A stretch of DNA of 64,000 nt. It comes from Octopus bimaculoides. Its lineage: Eukaryota. Position 1 is the stretch's first letter. Every line of letters starts with the position of its first letter. Below, piece by piece: positions 35,741-48,929 of this stretch. The notes beneath the pieces were generated by a model, which saw nothing but the letters and a program-made list of their open reading frames with translations, ran no database searches and was not told the origin of the DNA. The stretch lies in assembly GCF_001194135.2 (NCBI RefSeq), contig NC_068982.1, positions 132,144,330-132,208,329 on the forward strand. The letters are read 5' to 3'. The position numbers and the translations under genes were made by a program.

Positions 35741-36704
35741 AAGCTCTCCTCGTTGTTACTCGGGTTCTCCTGTTGTTATTGCACCTGGCGATTTAATTTG
35801 TAACAACTCAAGCTAACTCAGAATATGAGATTAAATACAAACAAACAAGAGATTTTGAAATAAGTTGTTGTTTATTTTTGTTTATTTTCTTTTCTTTCAA
35901 CATTAAATTGGCACCTTTTCGATCGCTATGAACGTTGTTACTGATGCCACTGACGGTCCTAACGTATGTTATTGTAATGGAGCTATTGGTTACTTAAATT
36001 GCTGATGAATGCAGACCGAAGGAAAATAAATAAAAAGTGATTTATCGTCTAATAAAATCACTTGTCTCACAGTAAACGAAGAAGTTCTAGACAGATTTCC
36101 AACAGAACTCAAAACAGTTCAGCACCCAAGAATTCAATTTCTAGTAATAACAATGAAGCACAGAATTGCCTGATTAAGTTCATAAATTTCCTTACACATT
36201 CTGACATGTCTCCTCATTGTCTAAATATAAAACGTTAAGCCATCATGATGTTAATGCACAATTTCTGTGTTAGTATGGGACTATATAATGAAACACTTAT
36301 GTAAATGCTACAGTTATATGAAAATAATGTGGAAGTTACAGTTCTTTTATATTACATAGGACCCAATAGACGGAGAGTAAAATTTTAGGTAAAAAGTTAA
36401 ATACATGTCGTGCATTAATGGTTTCAATTTTGATATCACAGATTATAATAAAAAGCCTTAAACATAAGAATTTACTTCACTCAGAATTCACCGTTTTTAC
36501 ATTAAAGGGAAACAAGTCAATCTTCTATAAAATATAGTTAATATGAATTCTTACAGAGTTAATTTTATTTTTCTTACCCATCACTGTCAAAACTTTGAAA
36601 AATTAATTTATATTGAACTTTTAAAATGTAAACTGCAATGCAGTATTACATTAAATCTAATACTACATACGTGTATCCCCGAATTAAGATATATATTTAA
36701 CATA

Positions 36705-36890
36705 CTGGATTCAAATTTTGGCACAAGTCCAGCAATTTTAGAGGCTGGGAACGATTACTGGTACTTATTTTATCGACACCCGAAAGGATGAAAGGCAAAG
36801 CTGACCTCGGCAGAATTTGAACACAGAACGTAAAGATGGACAAAATGCATTTTGCCCAGCGTTTTAACGATTCTGCCAGCTCACCGCCTT
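36705..36890 (-). mobile_element. Family 3 SINE
   Basis: cccgaaaggatgaaaggcaaag domain, ctgccagctcaccgcctta head. Confidence 0.85.
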
Positions 36891-36904
36891 ATATACATTT
36901 AATA

Positions 36905-37200
36905 CATTGATTTCAAATTTTGAGACAAGGCTAGCTAGTTCGGGGAATGGTGTAAGTCAATTACATTGACCTCGATGTTCATCTTGTACCCTAGACAATT
37001 GAATTTATTAAACGATAAATCATTTTTTTACTTAGTTTCCTTTGGTCTGCATTCATCAGTAATTTACGAAACCCATAACTTATTGTAATAAAATATGTTT
37101 CGACTGTCAAAGACGTCAGCAGCAATATTCATAGCGATAGAAAAGATGCCGCTAAACATTTACCCGGCGTTGCTAACGATTCTGCTAACTCGCCCACCTA
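36905..37200 (-). mobile_element. Disrupted family 3 SINE (3' part 36905-36990, head 37140-37200)
   Basis: Both halves match 36705-36890 and are separated by unrelated sequence. Confidence 0.6.
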
Positions 37201-38995
37201 CATATATTTAATACATCAAATTTTTTTTATCTTGAAAATGAATGTCATGTATCTCGTGAAATTTCCAGAGGTCCAACTATTAAGTAATAATTTGGAACTT
37301 AAAACTCTTCTGTTACAGACCAACACAACATAAATTAAATGTCCTTGTGTTAATGAGCCACAAAATGCGAACCTAAAAATAATACTTCTAAAGGCAATTA
37401 ATGCCGGCTCAGTTGTATCAACGCCAGTAAAAGCCAGTCTCTCTCTACTAGGAACGGTGCAAACTCACAAAATAAATTTCTTATTTCTTTCCTATAAATA
37501 AATAACGATTGGTTATTTTCTTCTGACGAGTAGAAGAACAGTTTGGGTGATTATAATTGATTGAATTAACTCTAGTAGTAGTTACAGAAGCCATAGCATA
37601 GATAGTGGAAAATATTTTGTTCCTTTTTCTATAAACTGCACCAATCCCTTAAATTTTTAATAAGTATAAAGATTCGAAACTGACACTGAACACTGCAATG
37701 CTAATCAGATGTAAAAAAGAGTCCAGACAGGGATAAGATGTCCGTATACCATAGATAAGGTGAAACACACTGAATTAAGTGTTCAAATCCGAGATATTTG
37801 AAACTATAAGTTGTGGATATGAACTTACGATCTGTGAACGTCACATATTTAATCAATTCACCACCTGCCAAGTATAACATTATTAAACAAAGAAAATGAA
37901 TCTTCGCGTGGTGAAAACACCAGTCCATCACAGGTGACATTTCCTAAAGACGCAGTATATTTTACAGCAGCTTTATAGAATAAGACAGAATTAGTTGCCT
38001 AGTCAAATTAGTTACTGAAATACTTGCATTACATATGAAGCTGTAGCATGTGAGCTGATACTTTAATATCTTAGTCTGTCAAACTCGCCTTTGCAGTCAT
38101 GTATTATTAAACGTGACTGCGTTACTTACATTATTTCATAGAATGAAATTTTGCAATTAAGAAATTGAATTCTTATGATGACTTAATGTATCAATATATA
38201 CGATGATTCGATAAATACTTTAGGTTTCCCTTTCGCTTTCAAATATCGTGCAGAGGTGATAACTCAGTGACTATAATGACTGAGATAAAACTTCAATATC
38301 CGATTATAGATCACGAGTCTCAGAGCAGTTTAATATAACGTTCTATTTACTCTTGTATTCTCAGTACGGTGAAATGGTAGTGTGATGAGCAAAATAACTG
38401 GTTGTATATAGTCATAGCCCTCTACCTTCTAAGTTGAAATCTTATTGGAGTTCATATGACCTCTTATCATTAAGGGGCAAATAATTAAATATTTTTCAAA
38501 TACTTGTATTTACTTAATTGATTGTATCCCTCGGTCAAATGTGTTGGCTATGTGCCTACGTTTTAAATAATTATATTGTTTCGGACGAGCCATTAAAGGA
38601 AATTTTGTAATCACAAGATCTGCGAGAAAGAGTTGCCCAGTCTTCCTTAAATCGTTCTCTGCTGTATTAAGAATGAAAAATGTAAGCGTATGATATAGTC
38701 ACAGATACTCTTAAAAGATATGACGCTCATGGCTGAAGTACGCTTGATCCTATATCCGTTTTATCAAGGCTGAACAGAGACTGCTGATGAAAAATCAATG
38801 ATCTGCACATTGTCACAAGTTCTACAGTTTGTTTATTACTAAGGTTATTAACTCTCTACTATTTTTTTTTTACCTGACCGTAAATAAATATTGCTAGCAT
38901 GAGTAGATAACGTTCGATGATATAATTAGATTTTTCGATAGCTCGCATGCCTAAATTCAAATGCTCTTATTGGTACCGGTTAAAAGGCCAGGTAT

Positions 38996-39041
38996 TCGTC
39001 ACTGAGGGGACTAAATCAGATCGAAACACTGTGTCTGGCGA
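38996..39041 (+). ncRNA. Hammerhead ribozyme-like motif, slightly decayed (family X)
   Basis: TCGTCA-CTGAGGG-GAC taaatcag ATC-GAAA-CA ctg TGTC-TGGCGA; 6-bp stem I, GUC site, A9G core change, one stem II mismatch. Confidence 0.6.
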
Positions 39042-39384
39042 TCCACCAACGTTCTAAGTGAAGCCTTGTGATTTTAACGCATGAGTCACTTTTGAGAAGA
39101 TTCTCTGAGACAAAATAGCACAGCAAGTACTATTCTGTGTTTGTATGTAAATTATAAATGCTATACACAACGATATTTAAGTCTGCTTCACATGTGAATT
39201 CTAATTTAATTTAAAACTGATATGTATGAAGTACGATGTCTTCAAATAGTGCTTGATGATTAAGCTAGTTATGAAACGCTCTTTACTCTTTTTAGATGAA
39301 TTATACATATTGATAGCCTGTATGTTGACGGATTTCTTACATGCTTCAGAAGTCAAATAAATAGGTACCGGTGTCTTTGTGCTT

Positions 39385-39590
39385 GTTTTTGCACCCCATC
39401 AGCGCTTGACAACCAGTATTGGTGTGTTTACGTCCCCGTAATTTAGCAGTTCGGCAAAAAGACCGATAAAATAAGTACCGGGTTTTAAAAAATGTAGGTA
39501 CTGGGGTTGATACATTCGGCTAAAAAATCTTCGAGGCGGTGCCCAGCATGGTCGCAGTCTAATGACTGAGACAAGTAAAAAATAATAAAA
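39385..39590 (+). mobile_element. Family 2 SINE 3' portion
   Basis: Matches the revcomp of 16605-16745 and 63835-64000 (cagcatggtcgcagtctaatgactga). Confidence 0.65.
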
Positions 39591-40544
39591 AATGTCGAGT
39601 TCATGGAGGTGGTGAAGCGCAGAGTAAATATTTTCAAGCATTTAGCTCTTTTCACACATTTATATTTGGAGTAAAATTTTCACTGGAATCGGCTTTTCCA
39701 TTTCATTTGGGATCGATACAATGGAATCAATTTTATCTACTATACGCCCCTTGTTGAAAATTATGCATTGTCAAACAAAATCAATTACGTAAGTTAAAGT
39801 TATCTAACACTTATTATCCCTTACAGAACTTTCAATTCATATGTGGCCTTCCATTATCTTAGTTTATTTTTCATTTTTTTTCCTATCTCTTTTCATATTG
39901 ACTTTTCTAATAAAAAATATTAATGTTTCGGGAATGCAATCGTAATGTAAGAGTTGTAAAAATCTATTATTATACATTTTTATATAGTGCCAGCACCATT
40001 ATCTCAGTACATTAGGTTGAGAGGATAGATATAAATATTATATCAAAGGTTGAGTCTACTCTGAATTCCCCAGCCTCAGGCAGGTCTGTTCATGAGTGTG
40101 GGATGAATAATTTGCAGTCTTTATAAAGTTAAATGGATGTTAGATGAATCTATGCGGGTGGTCTGATAAATATCTTTGAACACTAACTCAAACATGTAAG
40201 TATTAAATTAGGAATACATTTTTAAGATATATGTCTGTGTGAGTGATGACATTCCTATTATCTTCTGGTGCAATAGGAATATCTTGGGACTTGACTGACA
40301 TTTTGTAGTGATGAAATATATAATGTGGACAATTAGATATACAACCACTACTGTATGAGTTCCACATAGATTATCAATATCCAGTCGGCTTCAACACGAG
40401 AGGTTAGTCTTCCGCTGAGCTTAGCAGTGTTATTAGTTATGATATACAGAACGTACATTATGGAAAAAAAGATCAACACCAATATTTTTACTGGTGTTTA
40501 TCTTAATTTCCACAATATATATGGATGCAGTAAGCTAGCGTCTG

Positions 40545-41030
40545 TTCCAACATCTGGCGACTCTTCTGGTCACACACTGTCTGACATTCGGCTGCAAGCT
40601 GTGGGTTTTGTGCTGCTGTTAACTACAACAAGACAAGGTCGAGCAAGCTAGCTGTAAAGGCAGAATTCAAAATCAGCTCTCACCCATCCCAGATCTTCCA
40701 ATTGCTGACCTCAGCCAAGAGGAAATCAACAACCTCTGGGACTCATCCCTCAGTGTTCTACAAGATACTGGTTTGGTGAATCGTCCGAGGTCAAGCAACC
40801 TCTCCTGTGTGAGGAGAACAAGCTCCACGATGTTGTTCTAGCCAACTCGGGCTCCGAAGCCCTGCGTCAAAAATTAAAGGATGCTCGTGCCTCTGCACAA
40901 CGTGCCACTGCACAACGTGCCACTGCACAACGTGCCATCAGTGATGCTTCGAAAGGCGGCGAAAATTCAACGTTTTACAGACGAGAACAAAACTTGAATT
41001 CTACGACTCGATTAAGACAATCTTCGGCCT
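40545..41030 (+). mobile_element. RTE-clade LINE fragment (endonuclease-RT linker)
   Basis: YWFGESSEVKQPLLCEENKLH and KIQRFTDENK..FYDSIKTIFG match RTE DWFDEN...EIQxYAD...FY..LKxVYGP. Confidence 0.7.
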
Positions 41031-41204
41031 AGAAGTGATTTTAAATTCTCAAACGCAGGATTATGCTAATAATATAGCCTGAACAGGATAAGCTGCCCCT
41101 ATTTTGCAGAAAAAAGTGTTGGTGGCCAGCTATGAGACTCGATCTCACACCTCCGTGATTACGCGTCACAGTGCTGAGGGCAGTTTAAATGAAAAATGTT
41201 CCTT

Positions 41205-41410
41205 TCTGTTATAGGCACAAGGCTAGAATTTTTGGAGAAGTGCTTAAGTCGATTACATCAATCTCAGTGCTTAACTGGCACTTAATTTCATCGACACCGA
41301 AATGATGAATAGCAATGCCAACCTCGGCGGCATTTTGAACTCAGATCGTTAAGACAGACGAAAACATTTTTTCCGACGTGCTAACGATTCTACCACTGCA
41401 CCGCCTTAAT
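41205..41410 (-). mobile_element. Family 3 SINE
   Basis: Colinear with other copies; head ctaacgattctaccactgcaccgcctta. Confidence 0.8.
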
Positions 41411-41856
41411 GAACTGAATAATAAGGACATCAATGCAATCCTCTAATCCCTGCAATTACAGCAAAATAATTTACAGCTGCACTGTCAAAAGGTGGGGGAG
41501 GAAATATTCATTACTACAATGAAATGATTTGGATCTATTTCAAAACGGGGGCACCAGTATTTTCTTAACGAAACACTAACGAAACAATTTGAAACTTGGG
41601 ACACTGGTAGAATGTGTCATATAAAATATCTTTTACTCTTAGTCTTCTTAACAAAAAAACGTACATCGCAAGTTATTCCATGTTAAAGTTGTCGTATTTC
41701 TGTAATTTCAACCAATCACTGACGTCTATTCAGCGGTCATAAAAATGTTATTCCCTGTGACATATTTCATCCGGTTTAATCGTAATTTATACGCATATAC
41801 TGTTTATATAATAAATTACGCTGTGCGTATCTATGTGTGTAACGATTTTAGAGTTT

Positions 41857-42328
41857 NNNNNNNNNNNNNNNNNNNNNNNNNNNNNNNNNNNNNNNNNNNN
41901 NNNNNNNNNNNNNNNNNNNNNNNNNNNNNNNNNNNNNNNNNNNNNNNNNNNNNNNNNNNNNNNNNNNNNNNNNNNNNNNNNNNNNNNNNNNNNNNNNNNN
42001 NNNNNNNNNNNNNNNNNNNNNNNNNNNNNNNNNNNNNNNNNNNNNNNNNNNNNNNNNNNNNNNNNNNNNNNNNNNNNNNNNNNNNNNNNNNNNNNNNNNN
42101 NNNNNNNNNNNNNNNNNNNNNNNNNNNNNNNNNNNNNNNNNNNNNNNNNNNNNNNNNNNNNNNNNNNNNNNNNNNNNNNNNNNNNNNNNNNNNNNNNNNN
42201 NNNNNNNNNNNNNNNNNNNNNNNNNNNNNNNNNNNNNNNNNNNNNNNNNNNNNNNNNNNNNNNNNNNNNNNNNNNNNNNNNNNNNNNNNNNNNNNNNNNN
42301 NNNNNNNNNNNNNNNNNNNNNNNNNNNN
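41857..42328. other. Assembly gap
   Basis: N run. Confidence 1.
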
Positions 42329-42420
<92 letters not shown>

Positions 42421-42457
42421 TAGTAGCAGTAACAGCAGCAGCAACAGTAGTAGCAAC

Positions 42458-42502
<45 letters not shown>

Positions 42503-42585
42503 CGTCGTCGTCGTCGTCGTCGTCGTGGCGGCGGCGGTGGCGGTGGTGGTAGTGGTAGTGGTAGTGGTAGTGGTGATGGTGATAG
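42329..42585. repeat. Compound (AGT)/(AGC)/(GTC)/(GGC)/(GGT) trinucleotide tract
   Basis: Direct reading. Confidence 0.95.
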
Positions 42586-43179
42586 TATTGCACCATATTG
42601 CTTTTGTTCTTCGTACTGTTCCCAATAGGAAGCAACTTGGCGGTATGCAGGTTTGTTTGTTTTTGTTCTTTTTTTTTCCTCATCCTCACTAAAGGCGTTC
42701 GGGCGCGTACAGGCATTAATATTATTGTATTATCCATGGTAGAATGAAAAGTCAAAGAATAATATCAAAATATGAACTCCAGCTGGAGATTCATTAACCC
42801 AGTAATTTCATTCCAGCATCTCATAAGACATTTGTAGATTGGTCATAGGAAGTTTTAATTTGCTTTTGGATTGCGTCGTATGTATCATACAATCTTTGAG
42901 TCAATTTTAGATTCGAAGCAATACCAGAAATTAGTAACGTTATTGTTCCTTTTGTCATTCGTTTGATACAATTTCAATGGAGCCTTTCAGAGAAGTGTAG
43001 AATACATTTAATCAGAAAATAGATCAATAGATGCCTAGAATTTTATATACATCAAACCTTGTCATTAATTTAAGAAATATTTTAAGAATAAAAAAGAAAT
43101 CCTTCTGAAATCAAATTACTATTTCAGTTTTTCTCATTTCACGTAACTTTTCCATATTTCATTCACTTGTCAACTGCCA

Positions 43180-43181
43180 AA

Positions 43182-43214
<33 letters not shown>

Positions 43215-43332
43215 GTTGTTGTTCTTCTTCTTCTTCTTCTTCTTCTTCTTCTTCTTCTTCTTCTTCGTCTTCTTCTTCTTATTATTATTATTGTTGTTGT
43301 TGTTGTTGTTGTTATTATTATCATTATTATCA
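43180..43332. repeat. Compound (GTT)/(CTT)/(ATT) tract
   Basis: Direct reading. Confidence 0.95.
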
Positions 43333-43594
43333 TCTTTCAATTTTACATCCATTTCTTGCCGAGTGTCTTCCTGACACCTAGGGCAGAAAAACTCATTGTA
43401 TACATTGAAAGACCATTAAATAAAGACACCAGATTGTTCATTTACAAAATCATGTGATACAGAAAAAAAAAAGGAAGACAGAGAGGAAAAGAAAGAAAAA
43501 GAAACAGAAAAGAAAAAGGAAAACAGTAAACAAAGAAAATAAAAGGGAAAAGGAATGCATTATTATTATTATTATTATTATCATTTTTTTTTAA

Positions 43595-45780
43595 ATATAA
43601 TATGGTCTGTTGTCTTCTGCTGAACCGGGGTCGTCCCTTGACCTTAGGGTCACAGCAGGTCCTCATCTCATGGAGAGTACACGGCGTAAAATGTGTTAGG
43701 AACCTAGCAACACTATTTTCTGAAGTTCTCTCACGTTAACACTGCAAGGGAGTTTGTAGAGCTGCTTATCAAGGCCCTTTTTAATTAGCCCTAACGCTCC
43801 AATCACCACTGGTGCTGTGCTGCTTTTCATTCCCCACATCTTGGTCACTTCTATTTCTAGGTCTTTGTACTTAAATAACTTCTCAACTTCTTTAATGGAC
43901 ACATTTCTCTCTGATGGTACTGTCACATCTATCATTAAGCATTTCTTATTCTTCCCATCTTTGATGATTATGTCCGGTTTGTTTGCCTTGATTTCTTTAT
44001 CGGTGTTGATTGGCATGTCCCAGAGTACTGTTACATCATCTTTTCCGGTCACAGTTTCAGATTTATGCTGGTACCATCTTTCTGAATTTGGAAGCTGGTA
44101 GTGTTTACATATCTTCCAATGGATATATTGCGCTACTATATCGTATCTATGAATATATTCGGTTTTTGCAAGCACTGTGCATCCAGTTAAGATGTAGTCC
44201 ACTGTTTCATCCTGCACATGACGCATTCTGCATTTCAGGTCAGTGCCATCGTTCATTATTTTGTTGTGGTAAGCCCTTGTTGCCAAGCTTTGATCTTGTG
44301 CTGCTATGATAAAACTTCGGTTTCAACCTTCAGTCCTGAACTCCTCATCCATACATGAGTGTCTCGTTTTTCTACGTCTGGTTTGTTCACTCTACATGGG
44401 TATCGGCCATGCATCGGTTTTTCTAGCCATTCTTCTTTGCTCTTCTGGGCTTGTTTTTTCAACTCTTCCTTAACTCTTTTAGGAAACTGGGTTACTTTCT
44501 CACTCCTTTTCATCCTAGGTGCCTCCGTCATCAGTTGTTTCTTAAACTGTACAGATTCTTTGTATACCGAGTATAGCTTCTTTACTTTATCATGCTGGTG
44601 CACAAGCTTCATTAGAGGATCTTTTGACAGCTTAAGATATGTATTTAATCCTACAGTGGTGGTTTTGTAAGATACTTCTAATTGAGTTGGTCCTCTTCCT
44701 CCCATGCTTCTCGGTAAATAAATCCTGTTCACGTCCGTTTTGGGGTGGTTCATTCGAGCCATGGTTAGTAGTTTTCTGGTCTTGGAGTCTAGCTTCTTTA
44801 TTTCGCTCATTTGCCAGTTGATTATGTTGAAACTGTAAGCTACGATTGGTAGTGCAAGAGTGTTAATGGCTTCTGTTTTGTTTGCAGCGTTGAGTTCAGT
44901 CTTTGTTATTAACCTTACTCTCTGGTAGTACTCTTTTCTAATCTTCTCTTTCATTGCTGAATGTGTTATGCCGTTACTTTCGTCTATGCCAAGGTATTTA
45001 TATGCTTCTTTCTGGTCCAGTGCTCGGATTCTTGCTTCTGTATCTACGTGGATATCCGCAGGACATGCCAGATTGCTTCTTATAAAAGTGGCTTTCGCGC
45101 ATTTCTCCAGTCCAAACTGCATCCTGATATCATCACTGAACTTTTTAACCGTAGCAAGTAGACACCTTTTTGTTGTTCGTCATTTTCTGAGGACATTTCC
45201 AGATCATCCATGTAGAACAGATGACTCCCTTTTTTTCTTCTTGATCTCATATCCATACAGGTTTTGTTGAGCATGGTACTTAATGGTGCCAGTGCCAAGC
45301 AGAATATTAAGGGTGACAGCGAGTCCCCTTGGAATACACCACTTTTGATTTTGATTAGTCTACTTGTTATTGATCCACTGGAATGTTTCAGCGTCAACGT
45401 AGTTTCCCATTTATTCATGCTTTGTTTCATAAACTTGATGAGAGTTGGAGATATTTTGTATACTTCCATCACTTTCAGAATCCATGAGTGAGGTACACTA
45501 TCGAACGACTTTTTATAGTCGATCCATGATGTGCTCAGGTTCGTTTTCCTGGTTTTGCAATCTTCAAGGATCATTTTGTTTATCATTAATTGGTCCTTGC
45601 ATCCGTAGCTCCTTCTTCGACAATCTTTTTGCTCTGGTAGTAGTAGGCTGTTTTCTTCTAGGAATGTGTATATACTTTCAGTGATTACAGATGTTAACAT
45701 TTTATACATTGTTGGTAGACAGGTGATTGGTCTATAGTTCTTTGGGTTTTCTGTGTCATTTGATTTTGGTATTAGGTATG
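43595..45780 (-). mobile_element. 5'-truncated R4/Dong-clade LINE, subfamily B: RT, CCHC and RLE in three frameshifted ORFs, plus 3' UTR
   Basis: [43 protein letters not shown] (45203-45214), CRMRH...ETVDYILTGC, KPDIIIKD...MIDVTVP...EKLFKYKDL; (AAT)n on both sides. Confidence 0.95.
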
Positions 45781-45781
45781 C

Positions 45782-45804
45782 TATCATTATTATTATTATT
45801 ATTA

Positions 45805-45898
<94 letters not shown>

Positions 45899-45901
45899 TT
45901 T
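45782..45901. repeat. (ATT)n(ATTT)n tract between two Dong-like elements
   Basis: Direct reading. Confidence 0.95.
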
Positions 45902-46990
45902 TATCATAGGTTTTGTTGGAACTCCTGGAGTCTTGCATGCGTAGCGGGCTTACTACCTGCAGTCTACGGCACCATGCTATTCGTTCTTTTCATCTCTCTA
46001 ATACTTTCCTGATTATTCTGGCCGTGCCAACGAGGAAAACCTTTTGTAACAGTTCTACTGGGCACTCTATTCAAATTTCCTTTATATTCCTCTTGATGCC
46101 TTCTGATACTGTTCCCAAGGACCCAACAATAATTGACACTATCTTCACGTTCTTCATTTTCCATAGCTGGCCTACTTCATACTTAAGTGCGTTGTATCTA
46201 TTTATCTTTTCGCTGTCCTTCTTGACTATTCGGAGATCAAAGGGGCATGCAACATCGACTATATAGCATATGTGGTGCACCTTGTCCACCACCACTAGGT
46301 CCTGTTTGGATTAGGAAATCCCAGAGAATTTTGCTAGTTTCCGACTCCGCTACTCTCTGCAGTTTGTGCTCATACCACGTCTTGCATTTCTCTAGACCCA
46401 ACGTTTCGCAGAGTTTCCGATGTAGCATCCACTCTATTACAAATGTGGTACAGCAGAGACACTTGCCCATTCCAAAGATTGCCCCTCCAGTTCGTGGCCA
46501 AAGAGTGGTCTTGCGCTGCCAGTATAGAGCTCTTGGTCTCTTTTTTTTAATGTTCCTTTCATCAGCCAATTGCACCCATTTTTTCCAGCAAATTCTGTTC
46601 TGGCTACATGGAATTGATTGCGTAGTCCCTTGTTGCGTAATTCTTCTTCGTGTCCTTTTTGTACTTCTTCCTTCATATTTTCCTTTTTGCTCCACTTTCA
46701 ATACTCCCTCTTTCCTAATTGTCACTAGCAAGGTTTCTTTATTTTGGGGTAGGTATCTCATTAAACTCTCGAGTTCGATACGCACGCAGTGTTCCACACT
46801 TATCAATCCTCTTTATCCAGTTGCTCTCTTCATGTATAGACGATCAGTATCGGCACGTGGATGACGGGCACCATGCATTGTTAGGTGCTTCTTAATTTCC
46901 TGTCCATCTCTCTTAGCTCCTCCTCTGTCCACTTCAGGATTCCTGTGCCATACCGAACTACTGTGACTGGTTTTGCAATAAAAAGGATGT
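45902..46990 (-). mobile_element. R4/Dong-clade LINE, subfamily A, second copy
   Basis: DNA homology with 1690-2862; SKILWDFLIQT, IVDVACPFD; VRYGTGILKWTEEELREMDRK. Confidence 0.9.
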
Positions 46991-47261
46991 TTACATTTTC
47001 GAATACTCGGGGAGAAAGGAAAGGAAAGAAAAGGAGAGTAAAATTTTCACAAAAAATTGTTGTTATTAAAGTTTTGAAATTCACTAAAGATGATCTTTTG
47101 TTTGTCCGAACAGAGAAAACTGTTGTGTTCTTAGAATATAAGGATGTTGTAGAAATTAAAGTTTTTAAAGCTGATCGTTTGTGTGTTCGAAAACTGTAGA
47201 TATGTAAATTTCTTAACTTATTTTGAGGGTAATAAAAATACTCACAGGAAATTGTAGATAT

Positions 47262-47481
47262 TCCAATCTTTGAGAGTAATTTTTCCAGTCTTTGAGAGCT
47301 ATCATTCCAGTCTTTGAGAGCTATCATTCCAGTCTTTGAGAGCTATCATTCCAGTCTTTGAGAGCTATCATTCTAGTCTTTGAGAGTTATTTTTCCAATC
47401 TTTGAGAGTTACTTTTCCAATCTTTGAGAGTTATTTTTCCAGTCTTTGCGAGTTATCTCTCCAATCTTTGAGAGTTTTCTT
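47262..47481. repeat. 22-bp minisatellite, 10 units (tccagtctttgagagctatcat)
   Basis: Head-to-tail units without spacers. Confidence 0.95.
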
Positions 47482-47589
47482 TCCCTTGTCCTGCTGGGTT
47501 GTATTAGTGTTTCTGTGTCTTCGGCTGCTGACTGGTCAGAGCAGCGAAGAACACGTCCAGGGGCTGTCAAGGCTGTTATTATTATTATT

Positions 47590-48297
47590 GAACGAGAGAG
47601 CAGCGCATGCGATCAAAGTGACACTGGAGTACATATATACGAAGCCCAATATACCCATTATGACAACCCGTCAGATAACGGTACACCAGGCACATGCATC
47701 ACAACCACGTGTGCGTGACATGGTGATATCATATAAAGATAAACAACTCATGACCTTGCAGGTGGAGCCCAGCTAGAATTTTCTTCAGGTTGAGTAGCCC
47801 ATCCTGCTCAAAAGTTTCCTGAATAAGGGTTGTTTAAGGACGATGAACAAAACACCTAAATTTCCAGAGGTGAATTATTCAAACTCCAAAGAATTCCTCT
47901 CGGTATATGGCTATGATGCTCCCCCACTACTTCTGCCCGTGATGAGAGATGCATATATCGTTAGCTACTAAGGGACATGTTCAACTGGTTATGGTCAACC
48001 AACTGACAAGCAAATCTCTGGTAATTTACAGAAAATTTACCGTAGCCCATCTTTTATACAAAGACAAAACATTACATGATAACACTTCCAATCAGTTAAG
48101 ATCAAAATCCATGAAAGTCACCACCTGGTACTTCAGCAGAGCAGATGCTGCATCAGAGCAGGTACTATATCAGAGCAGGTACTGCATCATGGCAGGTACT
48201 GTATCATGGCAGGTACTGCTTCATGGCAGGAACTGCATCATGGCAGGAACTGCATCATGGCAGGGACTGCATCATGGCTGGGACTGCATCAGGGCAT
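47590..48297 (-). mobile_element. ~556-bp AAT-flanked element, copy 2, with amplified terminal motif
   Basis: Reverse-complement homology to 17887-18442. Confidence 0.8.
48124..48297. repeat. 17-bp minisatellite, about 10 units (gcaggtactgcatcatg)
   Basis: Direct reading. Confidence 0.95.
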
Positions 48298-48439
48298 GCT
48301 ATGTCAATTATCAGGCATGCTTTTTTTCTTTTCTGTTCACTACAACAATGTCAGGTTTTCGATGTTTAATCTGATGGTCACACTGAATCATTGCATCCCA
48401 CAAGACTCTCTGCAATTCTCATTTTCAGTAACTCCTTCT

Positions 48440-48925
48440 GGGATTTAGTCATACCAAGTCTTCGATCTTTCTAGGCCATAATTTCCACAAAGTTCTCAAT
48501 AGATCATTCTTACCACAGTGTCATGTTGCCTTTTGTGTTCACTTTGTGCCAATTTCGGGCATCCACTAACGATGTACCACACTGTCTCACTCCTTTCACG
48601 AAACATTCTGTATTTGTCGGTCTCAGTTGTTAATCAGTTCTGCACTTCACATAATTCATCCTCAATGACCCTCAATGCTTGTTCTTGTGATACGCGTATA
48701 AGTGCATCTGTTCCTGTCTTCAAGACACTCCTCTGTATCCATAACAACCGGCCTTCTGCATCTATCTTTGAGCTTGTATCTCTTGTAAACTCACCGTACA
48801 TTTTTCTTTCCTTTCCATACCATTTCTTTTTACATGCTTTTTTTCTCCTCTTTAAACATCTTTTTCTCAACACAATTATCAGTTTTGGTGATGCCGATCT
48901 TCTTCGCATGTATCAACAATGGTTC
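48440..48925 (-). mobile_element. R4/Dong-clade fragment (pre-CCHC/CCHC)
   Basis: MYGEFTRD...LWIQRSVLKTGTDALI, ETVWYIVSGCPKLAQSEHKRQHD. Confidence 0.85.
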
Positions 48926-48929
48926 CACG

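Noticed and set aside
47262-47481. CRISPR-like array
   Set aside because: Repeats are contiguous with no unique spacers, the context is eukaryotic and there are no cas genes
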